DNA of 63,444 nt, counting the filler, from Corallochytrium limacisporum Hawaii (lineage: Eukaryota > Protista > Pluriformea): NCBI GenBank assembly GCA_002811645.1. It is 6 parts of 6 records of this genome, joined end to end, with 100 filler letters (N's around TTAATTAATTAA, not from the genome) between each part and the next. Parts side by side here need not be neighbours in the genome. Positions count along the whole stretch, not along the records: positions 53,085 to 57,386 come from PDIP01000003.1; positions 57,487 to 61,473 come from PDIP01000217.1; positions 61,574 to 63,444 come from PDIP01000102.1; 3 more parts are not named here. One strand, given 5' to 3'. The first letter of the stretch is position 1. The number at the start of each line of letters is the position of its first letter. Shown here one piece after another: positions 56,369 through 63,444 of the stretch. Position numbers and translations under genes: made by a program. The notes under the pieces are model-generated. The model made no database searches, was not told the DNA's origin, and saw nothing but the letters and a program-made list of their open reading frames with translations.

Positions 56369-56923
56369 GTGACTTCCTTTTTCTTCGGAAAACAATTAAC
56401 AGGGACAAATACCGTACCAGGTGGTACAAACTATGGCATCAGTCAGAAGGGATCAATAGTGTCCGTTTACTGTTGGTACCGTTGTGGACGTCAGATATTC
56501 ATATCATGGTGCTCTATGTCGTCCTTGCTGACGATTTCGGGAGAGTACAGTGAAGGATCCCTAAGCCAAACTTCCTAACCTTAACTATACGGCAGCACCT
56601 AGATATGCTGCTTTGACATGGGATACCACCGTACCCATAGAGTTCTTTCAAATCGGTAGTAACGTACCACCTACTACGTACGTAACTGGTGACTACGAGT
56701 GGTCTTGTTCGAAACAGGAGCAAAAAGAGTTGGTTTTCATCAGAAACGTTTCCAACTCCACGATATCGCAATACCAAGTACGCACGCCACGAGCGCAAGT
56801 CTCCAAGGTCTGACTTTCGGCGCGGTTGCATCAAAAATCCTTACGGTTTGGACAGTCATGCTCAGGACAGATCCGTACTCTGAGGGTTTAGAACTGAGTT
56901 TCAGCATTACTGTCATGCTTTGA
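56369..56923 (+). pseudogene. Possible decayed ORF fragments
   Basis: Consecutive short protein-like frames (TNTVPGGTNYGISQKG..; LTWDTTVPIEFFQIGSNVPPTTYVTGDYEWSC..) broken by stops and frameshifts. Confidence 0.3.
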
Positions 56924-56953
56924 GCCTAAGTCAAAATGTGTCCAACAATTGCA

Positions 56954-57386
56954 TACCAACCTCTGCCCCGAAAATTAAGTGAAAATCGCCAAGAAAAATT
57001 CCCATACCGGTGGTGCTATACAATAATGATTGACATTAAACAAACAGAAAGGACATGCGAAATACCACCCTCTGTCTCATAATATTAGGCCGAATCTACT
57101 AACATTGATTTCATTCGAATCCAGACCGCAGTGGCGGGAAATTTTTTGCGCGTTCAAACTCAGCGTAGCCGACTCTATCCGTGATCCAATTCTCAGTCCA
57201 GTACCAGTGGTACACCTATTTATGTGTGATCTATCTCGAAATCTGGTAAGCCACAAAGGTTTGTACTACAACACAGTTGGTATGTATGGACTAAACTGTG
57301 TAAGATTTTGTGTATTAGGGTAAAATCTATTGAGTGTTGTGAGGTAGGGGCACTAGGACACCGCAGGATCCTTTGGCTTGGTCAAC
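56954..57386 (+). mobile_element. Two nested mariner/Stowaway-like termini (TA|CCAACCTCTGCCCCG at 56954; TA|CCACCCTCTGTCTCATAATATTAG at 57063)
   Basis: Both TA-prefixed TIR cores are in the same orientation, 109 bp apart, and run to the scaffold end. Confidence 0.68.
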
Positions 57387-59725
57387 NNNNNNNNNNNNNN
57401 NNNNNNNNNNNNNNNNNNNNNNNNNNNNNNTTAATTAATTAANNNNNNNNNNNNNNNNNNNNNNNNNNNNNNNNNNNNNNNNNNNNGGGGGGGGGGAACG
57501 CGCTGAATCAGCGGAAATTCTCTCCTTTTCTTGTTTTCACTTTTGTGGCCCACCTTTTGCTCTCCTGGCCCACTTTTATTTTTCTTTCCCTTTGTTCTAC
57601 TACACATCGCTCTGCGCCGACCGGTTTCTTCTGTATAGGCATGTGTGGACCGACCCCCTTTGACGTGCTCGGCTTTCATCATCTTTTCGGTTGTTCTTTT
57701 TTGTCTCTGCAACATTGTGTCCCGGCTCCGTTGCATAGATTTGCAAGCAATTGTTCTTTAAGCATCCCGCGGCTTACATTTTCCCCGATTTAACAGCGCT
57801 CTGCTCCAAGAAACGCCAAAGACCGTCGAACACTCGGAAACGTGATATTGCCTTGGTGTAGGCTGAGAGGAATGGTTCCGTAATAAACGTGTGGAGAAAT
57901 AACGTAGAATGAAAATAGACTGGTGTTATCATCCTCGAAGAATGGAGACCTCAGACATACAGTACGGCACGTTGGTGGCCCCCGTGACCTTTGCTCGGCA
58001 GAGTATCGGTGCATGGTGTACTTGCTGTACCCTGGGATCCTGGAACCAGTCAAACATATTGTGTCAGAATGACTTGAACTGCCACTGTCCTCACCAGACG
58101 ATCCCATGGAGAGTTTGAGCATGCGCATGGTGGCGTCGACGCTGTTAGCTGGCCGTGCTATGCAGCACACTGCTTCCCCGCACGTATGACGTTGTTGATT
58201 TCATGATGATGAGCAACTAGGATGACCATTACGATATGTTGAGATCGTCCCTTATCCGGGTGGTTTACAGTGACCTGTAGGCATTCGCCTTCAGGCAAGT
58301 CTCTCATCACTGGCGCGTTCGTTTTCGCTTGCAGACAAACGTAGCATAAGGGTACCCTTAAATCTATCCCGCAGCCATAGACGTTCGTCTCGTTCAACTA
58401 AGACCTGCTTGGGGAAGCCAATCACAGAGCATGCCTGGAGATCATGCTCCCCCATCGTGGACGGGAATCTCTTGTGGCATCCTAGGCATCTAGATATTGT
58501 ACCCACAATGCGTCGGCAAACAACGGACAGGAACCAAACTGCCTCGATTCCACGCGCTTCTGTTTTTCCACCATCCGCTCGATCAGTAGACACTGAATTG
58601 CGACGCCGGTATCGAACGCAGCTTGCATCACAATTTCGTCAGCTACCATTATTAAGAAGGTATAGCAAGGCAGGACACCTCGAGGCATACTACAGTTTGC
58701 GGATACCCACTGACAGTTGATTCAGCTGACCCTGCAGAGCCAGAAGCCGGTCTGGTATGTGCGCTGCAAAGTAAGCCCGATAGGGGGTAGGTTTGAGGTC
58801 AATGGGGAAGCCACCGCAAAAACAGCCCCTCGCCAACGAACGCCGGGGAAGAGAGAAAATGTCCCGTGCGTCTGATCTGAATTGAGTGTATCAGCCTCCT
58901 CTCCCCAATACAGACCTCGCACAATCGAATCGTCGAACGGACCGCGCCTTCTACTAGCCAGCCCTGGCGGTATCGCCATCGTGGCCCAAAAACCAGTGTC
59001 GAAGGTCATGCAATGGGGGTTTGTGTCAACGCAAATCGTACTGAATTCCCGTCAATTTGGCAAACGGAGGGAAACGTCAACGATGGTGTTGCATGGTGCC
59101 CACTACGACCAGCGGAACCCATCAGTTACTAACAAGGCTTGTATACGTATTACCCGTTGACAACAAACGCCAAAAAGGGCTGTGATTCTATACAAACACC
59201 GAGATCCCACTTCTCAATTTGGTCTTCTGCGATCTTGTGGACCGGACCGACCCACGCACATTGGCAGTACAAGGAGCTGGGGCCAGTCCCACCTAATGCC
59301 CACATTGTCATCTACAAACTCACGCACACTCGATTTCAACATACTGGGCAAAAAGGTGAAACGTAGAAGAGTGGAAACTCCAAACACGGTGGCCAAGTAG
59401 AGTGTGCAAGAATAATTGTAGAGTTGGGGCACAGATAAGCCAGACATTACCGCGGGCAATCATTCAGGAACCGTTCTGATCAGGTAGCAACGTAGAGTCG
59501 AGAAAAACGTGGGTCGGAGGGCGAGGCACCTGACGGAAGAGAAGTTTCGAACGTTCAAATCTCCCCCACCTCATTCCAGTGGCATACATGCTACCGTGAA
59601 AGCAATATCCGGCGACGAAGAACCATTCACACGAGCGTCGCACGGAGTACAACAGCGGGGCTTTGAGATATCCAAGAGACAGCACCCTGGACAATGGACA
59701 AAAGAATAGAAGCCCAGACACAAAC

Positions 59726-59770
59726 CCACACACATACACACTCACTCACTCACTCACTCACTCACTCACA

Positions 59771-59853
<83 letters not shown>

Positions 59854-59899
59854 CAACCGAAACCATTCTTTTTTTTCCTGTGCTTAACACGGCTCGCTG

Positions 59900-59970
<71 letters not shown>

Positions 59971-59971
59971 A
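59726..59971 (+). repeat. Compound microsatellite (CACT)n-(CA)n-(CT)n ... (CT)n-(GT)n enclosing a 48-bp unit
   Basis: Seen directly. The unit 59849-59896 is identical to 61400-61447. Confidence 0.93.
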
Positions 59972-61399
59972 GATGCACACACTGGCAGATCTCTACCACA
60001 TCACACGCATGAAACCCGCTCCAATTCCAATATGGGCCTACGCAGCCTGCTTATGAGTGTGTATAGTAAGAAATCAAGGAGATCTGGTGCAGAAGAGAAC
60101 GAAATGAATGATATCAAACTCTCGGGTGGAGAACGTATTGCGTATGTACGGCCATGGTGGTGGTGCGAGGCTAAAGTGGTGTATGCGGCCACCATCTGTC
60201 CCGTGCACCTTTGGTATGCATGCTCGGGGATCTCATTCTTGGCTTCGGAGCATATTTCTCTTGAGAATGTTTTGGTTTCATGTTCCAAAATATAGGGTAC
60301 CGGATCCCGTCAATGCCATGGTACCTTACGACCAGAGTTTCACAAACTCTTCCTCTCTCGACTTTGTCGGGAGACTCTCTCTATCTCTATGTCTTTCTCT
60401 CGCGCGCGCGCTCTCTGACTTGTCCAAGGAACTGAGTGTGCGCCCTCCATTGCAAACTTTTGATGGCATACCTTAGGATGGTATGACCTACCAGACGCTC
60501 CACAGGGGCCGCTGCTAACCAGCTAAAGCTTGGCCTGGCCCTACCCTCTCCCCTTGCTCCACGAGGAGCCCCGCTGATAGATAGGGGGAAGAAGACAGAA
60601 CAAAACTTGGGCGATAGGTCGGGGGGAGGGGAGGAGCCCCAACAGAAAACACCGGAACAAGACATTGTGGCGGACAATAAAGAACCTATTAAAAAAAAAT
60701 AAAGGAAAGAACGAGAATCAGTAAGACGGGGAAAAAAAAACAAAAGGAAGAAACATCCCAACAACCAGAAACTAAATATAATCCCGACATCCAGAGGCAG
60801 GAGGAGGAGAGAGAGGAGTGCTTGTGTGGGGATCCCGTTCGAAAGTTAAGAAGGTCAGACACCCCCAGCAATAGTCAAAGTATGAAGACAACAAAAAATT
60901 GATGACCCAGCAACGGTGTTACCAGTGCCTCCCAAAAAGAAAATAGAACAAGTGTCGAAAGTAGAAGTACAGGGATATTGCTAACTTATCTTAGATTGGT
61001 TCACTTCTCTCAAATCTAGAGTTCATACGGTATGAAAACACAGTGCGTTGCGGTAGGCCGGGGACCCAGGGTAGGTGTGCGATGTAGCCCCTCGGACTAT
61101 TCCCTATCCACGGAATGCACTCGAAAGGACATCTTTCGACGGACTCGACCGCCACATTCGACCCACCCGCGCCCCCTGCCTTCCAACGTCAGAGTATGTA
61201 TGAATATCAGCTAATTCTTGTCCATACGATATCTACTAAGATTGGACACTGCCTACGTTCCCCTAAGGTTTTAACAATTTCTTCGCTGTGTTTTAAAGAC
61301 ACACTTTGGCGAGACGTCTTATGCTCCTCCAGGTGCACCGCCTACTCACCCGAGCAGAAATACCCAAATTGCAATCACGCCACCATGCACGGAAGGGCA

Positions 61400-61473
61400 C
61401 ACCACAACCGAAACCATTCTTTTTTTTCCTGTGCTTAACACGGCTCGTAGAGTCCTCTCTCTCTCTCTCTCTC
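61400..61473 (+). repeat. Second copy of the 48-bp unit followed by (CT)n
   Basis: CACCACAACCGAAACCATTC(T8)CCTGTGCTTAACACGGCTCG, then a CT run to the scaffold end. Confidence 0.9.
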
Positions 61474-61573
61474 NNNNNNNNNNNNNNNNNNNNNNNNNNN
61501 NNNNNNNNNNNNNNNNNTTAATTAATTAANNNNNNNNNNNNNNNNNNNNNNNNNNNNNNNNNNNNNNNNNNNN

Positions 61574-61664
61574 ACGCTTGGGCTAACAATCACGAATTGT
61601 GCAAATTTTTGTTGAACACCGGTTTTTCGAAATTCTGCACTTTTTTATTGAACAGAGGTTGGTA
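61574..61664 (-). mobile_element. Related TIR terminus (TA|CCAACCTCTGTTCAATAAAAAAG on the minus strand)
   Basis: ACAGAGGTTGG-TA at 61652-61664, truncated by the scaffold start. Confidence 0.6.
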
Positions 61665-62093
61665 CCTTCCAAAATAGAGGCTCAGGAAACACCGAGATGC
61701 GGCTGGCCGGCTTGACCCAGCGTATGCTGATCCTATGCACCGCACGAGGCCTAGCACTCAAGGATGCTACCGGTTGCACAGGGTTCATAATTTGGAGGGA
61801 GCTACACAGAGACCCAAGCAGTGTAATCATCATGATGATCATCATCCCCATTGAATAGGTAAAGAATGCAAATACATATATTGTTGGCTGGGAAGTGACT
61901 ACCTTAGTGCCTGCTAGGGACTAGACCTTTACATGATGCTATTCAAATAAACTCGGGTCGACCATACACGGGTCAGGAAGTGCTGTTGATATTCTATATT
62001 TGAGAACGTCGACATGGTATGCTTCCATCTTTCCTGAACCAGCTACGTGCAAAGCAATACTCCGTCTTCCGGCCACAGATCCCGTTTAGAACT

Positions 62094-62351
62094 TCACCAC
62101 TTGCAAGTGCCAACTGGGAAACCCATATTACAGGTACCAGGCCAGCAGCAGTCAGAGTTGCTGCCGCAGGGCCAACCGGGGACAGGGCTGCACGCAGCAA
62201 TGGCTTCCTTCTCGCTGTCGGGAAGGAGCTTCGCATAGACTTCAATGAACTGCTCGGAAATTTCCTGGAGCTGAGCCAGATCATCCTGCTCAGAGGGAGC
62301 AGCCATGGCACCAGCGATGGCAAGAGCGCAAACAACGATGAAGGACTTCAT
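62094..62351 (-). CDS. Secreted inhibitor-cystine-knot (conotoxin framework VI/VII-like) prepropeptide, 85 aa
   Basis: Signal peptide MKSFIVVCALAIAGAMA, acidic propeptide, mature region C-x7-C-x5-CC-x4-C-x8-C. caaaaATG context and a TATTTAA element ~90 bp upstream. Confidence 0.85.
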   Translation of the reverse strand: MKSFIVVCALAIAGAMAAPSEQDDLAQLQEISEQFIEVYAKLLPDSEKEAIAACSPVPGWPCGSNSDCCWPGTCNMGFPVGTCKW

Positions 62352-63353
62352 TTTTGAGAATCGAACTGAAATTAATATTGAAGTTAATATTGATGTTGAC
62401 TAATGGAGGATCAGATACTTTCTGAATCTAATCGTTCGCTCTTAAATACCCTCCATTACACATACTTTTGAAAGAACCATAAGGCTTCAGACACTCAGAT
62501 GTACGCGGAGAATCATAAAATTCCCACGATATTGCGTACAAAGTTGAACGAGTTCCACATCAAGCCGCACAATCGTTGGTTCCATCTTCGACCCCATTTG
62601 TCGTCAATGCACTCCCAGAGTAGACACGAGGTTGAGCCACAGTTTTGATTTACAACCATATGCAGCCATACTTGGCATCAAACATATCAAGAAGGAAGAT
62701 GTTCTTGGTGTGAGCAGTATAGATTAACTGCTTAGCCAACCGACTGCGTTCCATCCATCCAGTTAACCTTTCCGCGATCTGACGCATACCAAGAACGTGT
62801 ACCACCCCCGGCGTCCCCCCTGCCGGAGACTGGGAGGGGGGAAGGGGGACAGGCCTGTCCAGGGTCGTCAAGGGTCTCTCCATACCTTATTGAGAAAGTG
62901 GAGCTGTGCAATAAAAATTTCGCTCGCGGGATCGATTTGATGCTGTCCAGGCATACCGTGAAGTGATGCGACAGCGGCTCTCTGGTGTATGCGCATGATC
63001 CGCACAGTACAACAGACTATGAAATCAAACAAGCTACTTGAGACCCTGGTCGTCATTACTTAACTGGTTGTGAACAACCATCGCCGTTTGTGTGCTCACG
63101 TCCAAAATGTACGCTGCGAGTGCTAAACCACACACTTTGCTGAAGATCTTCAGTTGTCATCTCCTAACTCATACTAAATGCAACAATAGCTAAACCCCTG
63201 ATGGCTGTGTCCCTAAGTGACCCCGTTGATACCTTACTGAACGTGATATGTTTGGTGGACATCTATGGATAGGATATGGACATGGGGTGGCAGGTTTGTC
63301 TTAGGTTCTTGCCCCTCATCACTGGCGGGATTTAGCCTAAAAGCACTCTTTCT

Positions 63354-63444
63354 TACCAACCTCTGCCCCATAAGTTAAGGAGGAATTTAGGTTTATAGGG
63401 TCGCAACCTTCTTTGAATCAAATAAATCTTATCACATTTGATTT
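63354..63444 (+). mobile_element. Mariner/Stowaway-like terminus, same end as 39936-40042
   Basis: Near-identical over ~89 bp up to the window end. Confidence 0.78.

Noticed and set aside
57790-59460. Cluster of short ORFs in scaffold 5 (similarly 40700-42100 and 33700-36200)
   Set aside because: No recognisable domain or consistent frame; may be decayed coding DNA but cannot be supported without searches.
1-63444. tRNA, rRNA and spliceosomal snRNA genes
   Set aside because: No recognisable signatures by eye; a covariance-model scan (Infernal/tRNAscan-SE) is needed to exclude them.

Overview
Eukaryotic nuclear DNA, and not one contiguous locus. Six scaffolds (1-30917, 31018-40042, 40143-52984, 53085-57386, 57487-61473, 61574-63444) are joined by artificial N44-TTAATTAATTAA-N44 linkers, so adjacency across linkers means nothing. 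The gene content (myosin XV-like, RTEL1 with harmonin-homology domain, TIGAR-like, Maf/CNC-type basic-region TF), a TTAGGG-type telomere remnant and very few introns suggest an intron-poor unicellular holozoan such as Corallochytrium; this is inference, not verified. Scaffold 1 is a compact block of 12 genes in perfectly alternating orientation: six tail-to-tail pairs 23-99 bp apart, separated by head-to-head spacers with poly-G/poly-C islands and E2F-like sites. It is bounded at both ends by ~228-bp inverted copies of a transposon terminus. Eight of the scaffold ends carry TA-flanked termini of a Stowaway/mariner-like TIR superfamily. The smaller, gene-poor scaffolds hold the best leads: a conotoxin-like inhibitor-cystine-knot prepropeptide, an aerolysin/ETX-MTX2-like pore-forming protein with a detached copy of part of its pore-forming region, a subtelomeric CAP-like Cys-repeat surface protein, and a zipper-less (SKN-1-like) Maf/CNC basic-region transcription factor. 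All family calls come from motif recognition by eye; no searches were run.
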